From an uncultured delta proteobacterium (GTDB lineage Bacteria; Myxococcota_A; Polyangia; Polyangiales; B10-G4), in contig CAVSGI010000003.1 of assembly GCA_963727445.1 (NCBI GenBank), positions 1-64,000 of the forward strand: a stretch of 64,000 nt of DNA, written 5' to 3'. Position numbers and translations under genes: made by a program. The notes under the pieces were generated by a model. That model made no database searches, was not told the origin of the DNA, and saw only the letters and a program-made list of their open reading frames with translations. Positions 54,143 through 64,000 of the stretch are shown piece after piece; the stretch's first letter is position 1, and the number at the start of each line of letters is the position of its first letter.

Positions 54143-57100
54143 ATGCGCCGATTCGCCCTTTTGTGGAAGCCCCTCACGGCCCTGGCCGCCGTCATCGCAG
54201 CGTTCACCATCACGTTCGTCTGGCCGGAGCGAAACGGCCTGGACATCGACATCGATGGCTCACCCCGGGCCCAGGCCGCGCGAAACCGCGAGCCCTACGA
54301 CCTGACCCAGCTCGGCGGTGCTCAATCGCGCCATCCTCGAGGTGAAGGACCACTACGTCGAGCCGGAGCGGGTGCACCCGAAGCAGATGCTCCTGTCGGG
54401 CCTCGACGCGATCCAGCGCTCGGTGGCCCCGGTCCTGGTCCACTACAGGACGGCTCGCCCACCCTCGACGTGCAGGTCAACGACCAGCGCCGCGAGTATC
54501 CACGTCGACGACGTCAACAGCCCCTGGGCTCTCGCCAACCGCTTCCGCGAGATCTTCGGCTTCCTGCAGACGAACCTGCAGGAGCGAGGACATCGATCTG
54601 CGCGACGTCGAGTACGCCGCCGTCAACGGCATGCTCCGCACCCTCGATCCGCACACGGTGCTGCTGACGCCGGACGTCTACGAAGAGATGCGGATGAGCA
54701 CCCGCGGCGAGTTCGGCGGTCTCGGGATCGTCATCTCCATCCGCGACGGCCAGCTCACGATCATCCGCCCGATGGACGACACGCCGGCCTCCCGCGCGGG
54801 GCTCCACGCGGGCGACCAGATCGTGAAGATCAACGACGAGTCCACCCTGAACATGCCGCTCTCGGAGGCGGTCGACCGGCTGCGCGGCGCGCCGGGCTCG
54901 CTCGGTGGAGGTCTGGGTCGTGCGCCAGGGCCGCGGCGGCTGGACCCAGCCGCGTCGCTTCGAGCTGGTCCGCGCCGTCATCCACATCGACTCCATCGAG
55001 TCGCGGATGCTCGGCGACGGCGTCGGCTACATCGCGATCAAGAGCTTCCAGGGCAACACCTACGAGGACATGCGCCGCGCCCTCGCGCAGCTGCACCGGC
55101 AGGGCCTGCAACGGCCTGGTGCTCGATCTGCGCGACGACCCCGGCGGCCTCCTCGAGCAGGCGGTGCGCGTCTCCGACGCGTTCCTCTCGAGCGGCACCA
55201 TCGTCACCACAGCTCGCAACGACCCGGCCCAGCGCGACGAGAAGTTCGCGCGTCAGCGAAGGCACCGAGCCCGACTACCCGATGGTCGTGCTCGTCAACG
55301 GCGGCAGCGCCTCGGCCTCGGAGATCGTCGCCGGCGCCCTCAAGAACCACGACCGCGCGCTGATCGTCGGCCAGCGTACCTTCGGCAAGGGCTCGGTGCA
55401 GGTCCTCTACGACTTCCAGGACGGCTCGGCGCTCAAGCTCACCATCGCCCAGTACCTGACGCCCGGCGACGTCTCGATCCAGGGCGTGGGCATCGTCGCC
55501 CGACATCGCCATCGACCCGATGACGGTCGACCGCGAGGACATGGACCTCGCGGTCGACTCGCAATACATGCGCGAGTCCGACCTCGCGCTCGCACCTCAC
55601 CAACGACCGCGCATCCGCGAACAGGAGCAGCCCGCGACCGTCCTGCGCTACTACCTCCGCGCGAGGAGCGCCAGCGCCTGCGCGAGGCCGACCCGCGAGG
55701 ACACCGAGGAGAACGAGGAGGAGGACGAGTTCCTCCTGCGCTTCAGCCGCGAGCTCCTCTCACGCGGGCGAACGCGCGCGGGTCGCCGCGAGATGCTCGT
55801 CGACGCGCAGCCCGTGATCGAGCGCGTCCCGGTCAGGAGATGGACCACGCGGTGGCCGAGCTCCGCCGCCTCGGCGTCGACTGGAGCGTGGGCACCGACC
55901 GCGGGCCGAGCGACGTCGACGTGGAGGTCTCCACCAACCGCCCGGACGACACCGGCGAAGCGGGTGGGCCCTTCGAGATCCGCGTGCGCGTGACCAACAC
56001 GGGGCGAGCACCCGCTCTTCCAGCTCCGCGCCACGACCAAGAGCGACTACAGCCTCTTCGATGGGCGCGAGCTGGTCTTCGGCCGCCTCGATCCCGGACA
56101 GACCCGCGAGTGGTCGACCACCCTCGGCATCTGCGACACCGAGAACGGCCAGCGCTCCTGCGACCTGCCTCAGGACCTGTCGGACCGCGCCGACGGCATC
56201 CGCGTCGAGTTCCAGGAAGCACACGACCACGTGCCCGCCCCGGCGGAGCTCCGCACCCGCGTGACCGCCCTGCCCCGTCCGCAGTTCGCGTACTCGGTGC
56301 AGGTGGCGGACACCGAAGGCAACGGTGATGGCCGCGTCTGCAGCCGCGGCGAGAAGGCGACGATCTACCTGCGCGTCCGCAACGTCGGCCGCGGGCGCAG
56401 CTTCGAGACCCAGGCGAACCTCCGCAACCTCTCGGGCCGGGGCGTCCTGCTCCGCGCCGGCCGCTTCTCCCTCGAGCCCATGCAGCCGGGCGAGGAGCGC
56501 ACGGTGGAGTTCACCTTCGAGGTCCTGCCGGACTTCGACCGTGACGACGCGAAGCTCGAGGTCTCGGTCGCGGACACCGATCTGCGCGAGTACGTGACGG
56601 AGAAGATCGACGTCCCGGTGGCCGAGAGCACGCCGGCCCCGCAGGCGCGCTCCGGCCAGGTGACCCTCGCCGACGGCGCCACCATTCGCGAGCGTGCCGA
56701 CGACCACGCCGAGTTGGTGGCCCGCGTCCGCGGCGGCGGCCTCACCCTGCCGGCGCAGGCACAGAGCGATGGCTGGGTGCGCGTCGACCTGGGTGACGGG
56801 CGGCCTGGCTGGGTCGCCGACGACGCCCTCGGCAGCGGCAGCGGCGGCGCCATTCGCTGGCACGTCAATCACATGCCCCCGCGTCTCGAGGTCGAGCACG
56901 GCTCGGACCTCGTGACCCGAAGCGAGACCCTGCAGGTGAGCGGCACCGCGCGCGACGATCAGCGCGTGCGCGACCTCTACATCTTCGTGGGCTCGCGCAA
57001 GGTCTACTACCAATCGAACCGCACCTCCGACACCCCGCGCGAGGCGCGCTTCGAGACCCAGGTCGACCTGAACCCAGGCATCAACTACGTCACGGTCTTC

Positions 57101-57229
57101 GCCCGCGAGTCGGACGACGTGATCTCGCGCGACACCTTCGTCGTGCGCCGCGACGGCCCCGACGGAAGCTTGCTCGAGACGCCGCAGTACGACGACCACG
57201 CGCTGGGCGCGTTCGACGAAGAGCTCTGA
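54143..57229 (+). CDS. S41 carboxyl-terminal protease, myxobacterial MXAN_5808-like architecture (many frameshifts)
   Basis: TLDPHT, GEFGGLGI, PDZ domain, LVLDLRDDPGG, VNGGSASASEIVAGAL, GQRTFGKGSVQ, LKLTIAQYLTP; C-terminal Ig and SH3-like domains. Confidence 0.88.
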
Positions 57230-57233
57230 TCCC

Positions 57234-58199
57234 TCAAAGACCGAAGGAGCTCGCGAGCGCCTCGGCGTCGGCGTTCGTCGCGTAGTCGAGGCGGGCGAGG
57301 AAGCGGCGGTAGTCCTTCATCACCCGGGTGCCGCCCATCTCGCCGCGGAGGTGGTAGTCGGTGATGCGGGTCGCGGTGAAGCGGGCCGCGGCGGCCATGA
57401 GCGACAGACGCAGGCTCGCGCGTTCGACCTCGGCCAGGGGCCGCTCGGCGGCATAGCCGGCGCACATCGCGCGGGCGAGGGGCAGCGCGAGGGCGTCGCC
57501 CCAACACCAGGCGAGGAGCGTGACGGCGAGGTCGTAGACCCGGGCGTCGTCGCTCGCGCTCTCCCAGTCGATGGCGGCGACGATGGTGTCGCCTTCCCAA
57601 CGGACGTTGTCGCGGAAGAGATCCCCATGAACGACGCCTGTCGGCAGCTCGGCGGGCAGCGCCGCGTCCACCTCGTCGAGGGCGGCGCGGGTGCGGGCGA
57701 TGGCCGGCGCGAGATCGGCCTCGCCGGCTGCCTCGGCCTGGGAGAGCCGCGCCCGCACGTCGGCGCGGGTGAAGCGGCCCTCGCGGCGCTCTGGGAAGTC
57801 GTCGGTGGCGAGATGAACCTGGGCGAGGAAGCGCCCGACCGCCTCGGCTCGCGCCGGCGTCACCCCCGCCTGACAGGACTCCACCCCCCGGGCGAGCGCG
57901 AAGACCGCCGTGGGCTTGCCCTCCACCCGCAGCTCACCCGGCCCCGGTCCCTCGACCCGCGCGGGCACGGGGAGCGCCCGCGCGCTCAGGTGCTGGAGCA
58001 GGCGCCACTCGTAGCCCACGCCGTCGCTCTCCTGCTCCTCGTAGATCCGGCAGAACCACCGCCCGCGATCGGTCTCGACGAAGAAATTGGAGTTCACGCT
58101 CCCAGCGGCAATGGGAGTGATTTCGCGGAGAACCCCCAAATCGTGGGCCTCTGCAATCCGGCGTCCATCCGCCCTCGAGAGCTGGGTGTAGACCGCCAT
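57234..58199 (-). CDS. thrB: Homoserine kinase type II
   Basis: MAVYT, GSVNSNFF, GVVHGDLFRDNV, IDW, RFTATR, KD motifs. Confidence 0.88.
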   Translation of the reverse strand: MAVYTQLSRADGRRIAEAHDLGVLREITPIAAGSVNSNFFVETDRGRWFCRIYEEQESDGVGYEWRLLQHLSARALPVPARVEGPGPGELRVEGKPTAVFALARGVESCQAGVTPARAEAVGRFLAQVHLATDDFPERREGRFTRADVRARLSQAEAAGEADLAPAIARTRAALDEVDAALPAELPTGVVHGDLFRDNVRWEGDTIVAAIDWESASDDARVYDLAVTLLAWCWGDALALPLARAMCAGYAAERPLAEVERASLRLSLMAAAARFTATRITDYHLRGEMGGTRVMKDYRRFLARLDYATNADAEALASSFGL

Positions 58200-58283
58200 C
58201 CCGACCGGGCGTAGCACGCTTTACACCGTGGGGGCACCAGTGGTATGCGCTGGGCACAAGCTTGTAATAGCGGGGGCTTTCCA

Positions 58284-59114
58284 TTGGCAGCCAAGAAGAA
58301 AAAGCAGGCCACGAAAAAGGGCTCGGGGCGGAAGGCGACGAAGAAGTCGACCCGTAAGAGCGCCCCTCGCAAGGCCGCCAAGAAGACGCCGGCCAAGAAG
58401 TCGACCAAGAAGTCGACCAAGAAGAAGAGCGCCAAGAAGACGCCGGCCAAGAAGACGCCGGCCAAGAAGTCGACCAAGAAGGCCTCCAAGAAGAGCGCCA
58501 AGAAGTCGACCAAGAAGGCCTCCAAGAAGAGCGCCAAGAAGTCGACCAAGAAGACGCCCCAGAAGGCCTCCAAGAAGGCGGCGAAGAAGAAGACCGCCAA
58601 GAAGAAGCCCACCGCGCCGAAGACGGCGCGCGCCGCCAAGTCGCGCAAGAAGTCGGAGCGGGTCGGTGCGCCCAAGCAGCGCTTTCGCCAGCCCGTGGCT
58701 CCGAAGGACACCATCCGTCGTCCCCAGGACAGCGAAGAGCTCAAGCAGAAGCTCGGTGCCCTGCATCAGGCGACCAGCCAGATCCGCAGCCTCAAGCGCT
58801 CGCTGAACAAGAGCTTCTACGAGATCGGGCAGATCCTGCGGAAGATCGAGACCGAGCGCCTCTACGAGGTGAAGGGCTACGGCTCCTTCGAAGCCTTCGT
58901 GGACCGCGAGATCGACCTCGGCAAGCAGCTCAGCCTCAAGATCGTGCGGATCGTCCAGACGTTCATTCGAGACGCGGCCGTTGCCGCGGGCCTCGAGCGG
59001 GTGACCGCCGCCCTCGACGCCCTCGAGGACGACGGCGGCGAGAGCTCATCGTCGCAGACGCCGCCCACCACCAGCAGTGGCGGCCGTTCGCCCATCCCAT
59101 TTCACAAGCAGTGA
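58284..59114 (+). CDS. Histone-H1-like Lys-rich N-terminus fused to a DUF3102-like helical domain
   Basis: KKSTKKASKKSAKK repeats; FYEIGQILRKIETERLYEVKGYGSFEAFVDREIDLG. Confidence 0.75.
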   Translation: MAAKKKKQATKKGSGRKATKKSTRKSAPRKAAKKTPAKKSTKKSTKKKSAKKTPAKKTPAKKSTKKASKKSAKKSTKKASKKSAKKSTKKTPQKASKKAAKKKTAKKKPTAPKTARAAKSRKKSERVGAPKQRFRQPVAPKDTIRRPQDSEELKQKLGALHQATSQIRSLKRSLNKSFYEIGQILRKIETERLYEVKGYGSFEAFVDREIDLGKQLSLKIVRIVQTFIRDAAVAAGLERVTAALDALEDDGGESSSSQTPPTTSSGGRSPIPFHKQ

Positions 59115-59135
59115 GATGAGGCGTCACGGCGGAGG

Positions 59136-60449
59136 TTGGTCGGGTTGATCCCGCTCACGGTCTCCGTTCTCTGCGTCCTGGCGAACGCCTTCATGGTGTC
59201 TGCGGAGTTCGCCTTTGCGAAGGTCCGTCCGACGAGCCTCGAAGCGCTCGCGCGGGCGGGTGATCCCAAGGCGAAGCGCGCGCTCGCCATGACGCGCCGG
59301 CTGGACGCCTATCTGTCGGCGACCCAGCTCGGGATCACCCTGGCCTCCCTCGGCCTCGGCTGGCTCGGCGAGCCGGCCCTGGCGGATCTGCTCACACCGG
59401 TGTTGGCCCGCTTCGGGCTCTCCACCGCGGTCATCCACGGCATTTCGTACGCGATCGCCTTCGGCACCATCTCACTTTTTCACATCGTGCTCGGCGAGCT
59501 CGTGCCCAAGTCCATCGCGATCCAGTACCCGGAGCTGGTGGCGCGCTGGGCCGGTGGCGCCCTTCACGCCTTCTACAACCTGACCCTGCCCGCGATGTGG
59601 GTGCTGAACGGCCTGTCGAATTCGGTGCTGCGGCTGATCCGCGTGCCTCCGCCCGGACACGTGGAGGGCAAGCTGAGCCCGGACGAGATCCGGGTGATCA
59701 TCCAGTCCTCCTTCTCGGAAGGGGACGAGACCGACCGCAAGCGCGACCTGCTCGAGCGGGTGCTCCGCGGCACCGACCGACCGGTGCGTGCGGTGATGGT
59801 GCCGCGTGTGGACATGGTGGTGCTCCCCACCGACGCCGGCCCCGACGAGTGCATCGCGCTGGTCCGCAAGCACGGCTTCAGCCGCTATCCCGTTTGCGAG
59901 GACGGCGACCCCGACAACGTCGTCGGATACGTTCACGTCAAAGACCTGCTCTCGCTCTCCGGCGAACGGGTGACCGTCCTCGACAAGAAGCGCGAGGTGC
60001 TCTTCGTCCCGGAGACCGCGAAGGTCGGCGACCTCTTGAGCGAGTTCCAGCTGACCAGCACGCCCTTCGCCGTGGTCGTCGACGAGTACGGGGGCACCGA
60101 CGGCCTTGTGACGGTGGAAGACGTCGTCGAGGAGATGGTCGGCGAGATCCACGACGAGCACGACAGCGAGCGTCCTCGGATCGTGGAGCGCCAGGACGGC
60201 ACGCTCTCGGTCGACGCCAAGGTGATCATGGGCGAGCTCGATCTGCCGGATCTCGGACTCGACGAGGACACCGAGGATCAGACGGTCGGCGGTTACGTCG
60301 TCGAGCAGCTCGGGCGGCTGGCCCGCACGGGCGACGCGGTGCGCTGCGGCGCCTACGACCTCACGGTCGAGGTGGCCCGGCGCCGGCGCATTCGCCGCGT
60401 CTCCATGCGCAGGCGTCCCGACTCGCTTCCGCCAGAGGACGAAGACTGA
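59136..60449 (+). CDS. CNNM/CBS/CorC (TlyC hemolysin-like) protein
   Basis: AEFA, ATQLGITLASLGLGWLGEP, GELVPKS, MVPR, FSRYPV, VDEYGG..GLVT.ED..EE.VGEI.DE.D. Confidence 0.93.
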   Translation: MVGLIPLTVSVLCVLANAFMVSAEFAFAKVRPTSLEALARAGDPKAKRALAMTRRLDAYLSATQLGITLASLGLGWLGEPALADLLTPVLARFGLSTAVIHGISYAIAFGTISLFHIVLGELVPKSIAIQYPELVARWAGGALHAFYNLTLPAMWVLNGLSNSVLRLIRVPPPGHVEGKLSPDEIRVIIQSSFSEGDETDRKRDLLERVLRGTDRPVRAVMVPRVDMVVLPTDAGPDECIALVRKHGFSRYPVCEDGDPDNVVGYVHVKDLLSLSGERVTVLDKKREVLFVPETAKVGDLLSEFQLTSTPFAVVVDEYGGTDGLVTVEDVVEEMVGEIHDEHDSERPRIVERQDGTLSVDAKVIMGELDLPDLGLDEDTEDQTVGGYVVEQLGRLARTGDAVRCGAYDLTVEVARRRRIRRVSMRRRPDSLPPEDED

Positions 60450-60456
60450 AGCGAGC

Positions 60457-61038
60457 TCAGAGGTGGGCCGCGAGCGAGGACGGAAGCGCGCCGCCGTCGT
60501 TCCGAAGGTGCCGCCAGAGCACCTCCACCAGACGCCGGCGCGCTCGGGCGTAGCCGGTGGCCTCCAGCGACGAAGCGTCGGGGAGCGCCATGGAGACGCG
60601 CTCGATGGCGTCGAATCGCAGCAGAGGCTCGACCCGCGTGCGGATCACCCGCCCCTGCTCCCAGACCACCGCCACCACGTCGACGAAGGGTCCGTAGAGC
60701 GGCCGCGAGAGAACCACCGCCCCCGTCTCGCCGTCGCCACCCATCCAGGCGGCGGGGGTCCGGAGCTCCGGGGTCATCTCCCGGTGCTGCCCATCGGCGA
60801 AGAGCACGTCGCGGATGCGCGCAGCGAGGGCGGGGTCGCTCTCCACCGAGAGCAGGGCCACCAGGGGTCCCACGGCCGATACACCCTCGGCCGCTGCGCC
60901 TTCCCGCACCGCGTCGATGAACGCGGCCCGCGCTTGCTCGGGCGCCCGGCCGTAGGTCGCCGCGAGGGCGAGCGCCGCCTCCGCGTCATCCACAGCCGCC
61001 GCCACCAAGGCGTCGAAGGGCTCCCCTGCGCGATTCAC
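60457..61038 (-). CDS. Hypothetical protein
   Basis: 193-aa ORF filling the gap with typical codon usage. Confidence 0.55.
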   Translation of the reverse strand: MNRAGEPFDALVAAAVDDAEAALALAATYGRAPEQARAAFIDAVREGAAAEGVSAVGPLVALLSVESDPALAARIRDVLFADGQHREMTPELRTPAAWMGGDGETGAVVLSRPLYGPFVDVVAVVWEQGRVIRTRVEPLLRFDAIERVSMALPDASSLEATGYARARRRLVEVLWRHLRNDGGALPSSLAAHL

Positions 61039-61172
61039 GGGCTTTTTCTAGCGTGGGGTGAAGCGCACAACCAATGATTCGTGACCCTTGACGCCCCCTT
61101 CGCCTCGTGTGTAATCGAGACCGAAGATGGACGCCGGCTGGATGTGGCGGCGAGAACTCGAGTAATTCCGCG

Positions 61173-61835
61173 GTGGGGGACGAGAAAGACTTTGTCGAGG
61201 AGTGGCGGCCCTTCGTGGTCAGCATTGCGCACAAAGTGCGTGCGAGCCTCGACTTTCAGGGGGAGCTCGACGATCTGATCGGCGCGGGAATGGAGGGCTT
61301 GGTCTCCGCGCGGGCCCGCTTCGATGCGTCACGCGGGGTGAAGTTCAACACCTTCGCCTATTACCGGGTGCGCGGGGCGATGATGGATCAGGTCCGCAAG
61401 ATGGCCTATTTGCCCGCGCGCACCCATCGGCTGCTGAAAGCTGCCGAGGCCGGCGACGAGGTGCTCCTGGCGGAGGCGGAGGCGCTGGGCGCGGGCCCGG
61501 GCACGGGGCAGAGCGATCCCCAGAAGACCCTCGAGAAGATCGACGACGCCCTCGGCAAGCTCACGGCCTCTTTCGTGATGGCCGCGGTGGGGCAGGACGA
61601 GAGCGAAGAGGTCCCCACCCCCGAAGCGAGCGTCATCGCGGTGGACGAAGCGGCGCGGGTCCGAGAGGCCCTCGAGGTTCTCGACGAGCGGGAGCGGGCG
61701 CTGGTCCAGGGCTTCTATTTCGAGGGGCGCCGCTTCGACGAGGTCGCAGCGGAGCTGGGTATCAGCAAGTCCTGGGCGAGCCGGCTCCACGGAAAGGCGC
61801 TCGATCGGCTGCGCAAGGCGCTCGGCGAGGGCTGA
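61173..61835 (+). CDS. FliA/WhiG-family sigma-70 factor (start uncertain)
   Basis: DDLIGAGMEGL...RFDASRGVKFNTFAYYRVRGAMMDQVR; region 4 EVAAELGISKSWASRLH. Confidence 0.88.
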   Translation: MGDEKDFVEEWRPFVVSIAHKVRASLDFQGELDDLIGAGMEGLVSARARFDASRGVKFNTFAYYRVRGAMMDQVRKMAYLPARTHRLLKAAEAGDEVLLAEAEALGAGPGTGQSDPQKTLEKIDDALGKLTASFVMAAVGQDESEEVPTPEASVIAVDEAARVREALEVLDERERALVQGFYFEGRRFDEVAAELGISKSWASRLHGKALDRLRKALGEG

Positions 61836-61895
61836 CTGAAGGTCGGGCGCAACTCACCCCGTGTGGTGGCGATAAGCGACGCACCAGGAGGAGTG

Positions 61896-62195
61896 ATGAG
61901 CGATCCCATTCATGGTCCGGCAGCCGCGGGCCGCCGCCCCAACCAGCACCAGCCCTCGTCTTCGGGGCGCTCCTTCCGTGAGCTCCTCGAGGACGCGGCC
62001 AAGAGCATCGACCACGGCCGGCGAAGCCTCGACCGCGCCATCGCCCACGGCCACGCGGGCCGCACCCTGTCGCAGGAGGAGCTCCTGGCGCTTCAAGCGA
62101 CGGTGTACCGCTACACCCAGGAGCTGGAGATCGCGAGCAAGCTCGTCGACAAGTCCACCACCGCTGTCCGCACCACCCTCCAAAGCCAGCAATAG
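61896..62195 (+). CDS. T3SS inner-rod-like (SctI/HrpB2-like) small protein
   Basis: RBS AGGAGG; C-terminus LSQEELLALQATVYRYTQELEIASKLVDKSTTAVRTTLQSQQ. Confidence 0.6.
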   Translation: MSDPIHGPAAAGRRPNQHQPSSSGRSFRELLEDAAKSIDHGRRSLDRAIAHGHAGRTLSQEELLALQATVYRYTQELEIASKLVDKSTTAVRTTLQSQQ

Positions 62196-62227
62196 CCAGC
62201 CGTGTTGGGTGCTACCATTTGCGCGGG

Positions 62228-63973
62228 ATGTCGGAGGCGATCCAGACGCAGAAGGTGCCGGTGGAGGGGGAGCTCGGGACCCAGCTCGCCCAGCGCGTCT
62301 TTCGCAATCCCGCCACCCGGCGCCTGCGCTTCGTCAAAGCCTACTGGACCACCTACGTGGTCATCGGCAGCTATCTCGCCCTCGGGTTCTTCGGCCGCAT
62401 CTTCGGCAAGAGCTGGTACGACGCCCGACTGACCCGGGTTCACACCGTCAACGCCAAGCGCATCGAGCGCACCATCGTCCAGCTCCAGGGCCTCTTCATC
62501 AAGGTCGGGCAGCTGATCTCGATCATGACGAACTTCCTGCCAGAGGAGTTCCGAAAGCCCCTCGAATCGCTTCAGGATCAGGTGCCGCCCCGCCCCATCG
62601 GCGAGATCACCAAGCGTATCGAGGAGGAGCTGGGCGGCGCCCCGGACGTCGTCTTCAAACGCTTCGACGAGGTCCCCCTCGCCAGCGCCTCCCTCGGCCA
62701 GGTGCACCGCGCCGTCCTCAAGGACGGCACCGAAGTCGTGGTGAAAGTGCAGCACACCGACATCGACGAGATCGTCCAGATGGATCTCAAGACCATCTGG
62801 AAGATCATGGTGATCGTCGGCTGGTTCGTGCCCATCCAGGGCCTCGACGTCATCTACCGCCAGGTCCGCGAGATGATCGAAGCCGAGCTCGACTTCGTGC
62901 GCGAGGCGGCGTTCATGGAGCGCATCGGGCACAACCTCGAAGACCTCGAGGGCGTCACAGTGCCCGAGCTCCACAGCCAGTTCTGCACCGGCCGCGTCCT
63001 GACCACCGCGTACTGTGAGGGCACCAAGGTCTCGGACCTCGAGTCGATCGATGCGTGGGGGCTCGATCGCTCGGACCTCGCCGAGCGGCTGGTGCGCGCC
63101 TACTGCAAGATGATCTTCGACGACGGCCTGTACCACGCCGATCCCCACCCCGGGAACGTGCTGGTGATGCGCGACGGGACCATCGTCCTCCTCGATTTCG
63201 GCGCCGTCGCCGAGCTGTCCCCGGCGATGAAACACGGCATCCCGGATCTGCTCGAGGCGGTGATCAAGCGCGACACCACCGGCATCTACAGAGCGCTTCG
63301 CACCATGGGCTTCATCGCCCGCGGACCCGAAGCGGAAGCGGCGAGCGAGAAGATCGTCGAGTACTTCCATCGGCGCTTCCAGGATCAGGTGCAGCTCGAG
63401 AGCCTCAACCTCAAGGACATCAAGATCGATCCCCAGCAGGGCCTCGAGAACTTCCTCGATCTGCGCAAACAGGACATCTCGATCCGCGAGCTGACCAGCG
63501 CCTTCCAGGTGCCCAAGGACTGGGTCCTCCTCGAGCGGACGGCGCTCTTGATGGGCGGCGTGTGCACCCACCTCGCGCCGGAGATGAACCCGATGGCGGT
63601 CATCCGCCCCTACCTCGAGGAGTTCGTCTTCGGCGAGCGCGACTTCGCGACCCTCATGATGAACGCCGTCAAGGACACGGCGATGAGCGCGCTGTCCGTC
63701 CCCGACGACGTCCGCAAGTATCTCTCGAAGGCGATGCGCGGCGACCTGGAGATGCACTTCCGGGGACTCGGCGCGAGCGCCAACCTCGTCTACGCGCTCG
63801 GCCACCAGCTCATCTACGCCCTGTTCAGCATCACCGCCGCCGTCGCCTCCTACCTCTTTTGGGTGCACGGCGAGACGACCGCCTTCTACGTCTCGACGAG
63901 CATCGGCGCCTTCTTCCTGCTCTGCATCGTCGGCTCGATGGTCTTCGCGCGGAAGTACCGCAAGCGGGCCTAG
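62228..63973 (+). CDS. AarF/UbiB/ABC1-family kinase
   Basis: FIKVGQ, LQDQVPP, PLASASLGQVH, VVKVQ, ELDF, HADPHPGN, LLDFG; two C-terminal TM helices. Confidence 0.93.
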   Translation: MSEAIQTQKVPVEGELGTQLAQRVFRNPATRRLRFVKAYWTTYVVIGSYLALGFFGRIFGKSWYDARLTRVHTVNAKRIERTIVQLQGLFIKVGQLISIMTNFLPEEFRKPLESLQDQVPPRPIGEITKRIEEELGGAPDVVFKRFDEVPLASASLGQVHRAVLKDGTEVVVKVQHTDIDEIVQMDLKTIWKIMVIVGWFVPIQGLDVIYRQVREMIEAELDFVREAAFMERIGHNLEDLEGVTVPELHSQFCTGRVLTTAYCEGTKVSDLESIDAWGLDRSDLAERLVRAYCKMIFDDGLYHADPHPGNVLVMRDGTIVLLDFGAVAELSPAMKHGIPDLLEAVIKRDTTGIYRALRTMGFIARGPEAEAASEKIVEYFHRRFQDQVQLESLNLKDIKIDPQQGLENFLDLRKQDISIRELTSAFQVPKDWVLLERTALLMGGVCTHLAPEMNPMAVIRPYLEEFVFGERDFATLMMNAVKDTAMSALSVPDDVRKYLSKAMRGDLEMHFRGLGASANLVYALGHQLIYALFSITAAVASYLFWVHGETTAFYVSTSIGAFFLLCIVGSMVFARKYRKRA

Positions 63974-64000
63974 TGCCTGAGCCACCTCGCTCAGCGGCAG

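Overview
High-GC bacterial chromosomal segment. Gene content points to Myxococcota, most likely Polyangia/Sandaracinaceae-like (inference): an MXAN_5808-type S41 protease, a TM-Ser/Thr kinase, Cys/Asp-repeat lipoproteins, an AgmX/TonB-C-like protein and a stand-alone MshEN-type protein. It is mostly core genome: ddl, methylmalonyl-CoA mutase, iscS-mnmA-rlmD, nrdR-ribD-ribB(X)-ribH-nusB, 5-oxoprolinase, yfgM-bamB-like, comEA, aspartate kinase, cca, thrB, a CBS/hemolysin protein and a UbiB-family kinase. Many conserved genes are split by small indels, most simply explained as long-read assembly errors. I saw no rRNA, tRNA, CRISPR array, transposase or prophage. Notable signals: (1) a 28-bp XerCD dif-like site at 34479-34506, with KOPS-like GGGNAGGG octamers pointing at it from both sides, suggesting the replication terminus; (2) chromatin-like low-complexity proteins: a HARE-HTH x2 / inactive Mrr / poly-Asp protein and two histone-H1-like fusions; (3) a satellite microcompartment locus with two BMC-P genes and a class II aldolase; (4) an orphan FliA-like sigma factor plus a T3SS inner-rod-like gene; (5) comEA between two Ca-binding-like repeat lipoproteins; (6) an uncharacterised envelope gene cluster including a lipoprotein with a Vsr/DUF559-like nuclease signature; (7) a MITE-like inverted repeat and a GTAG-REP mosaic. 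All family assignments are from motif recognition by eye; no searches were run.
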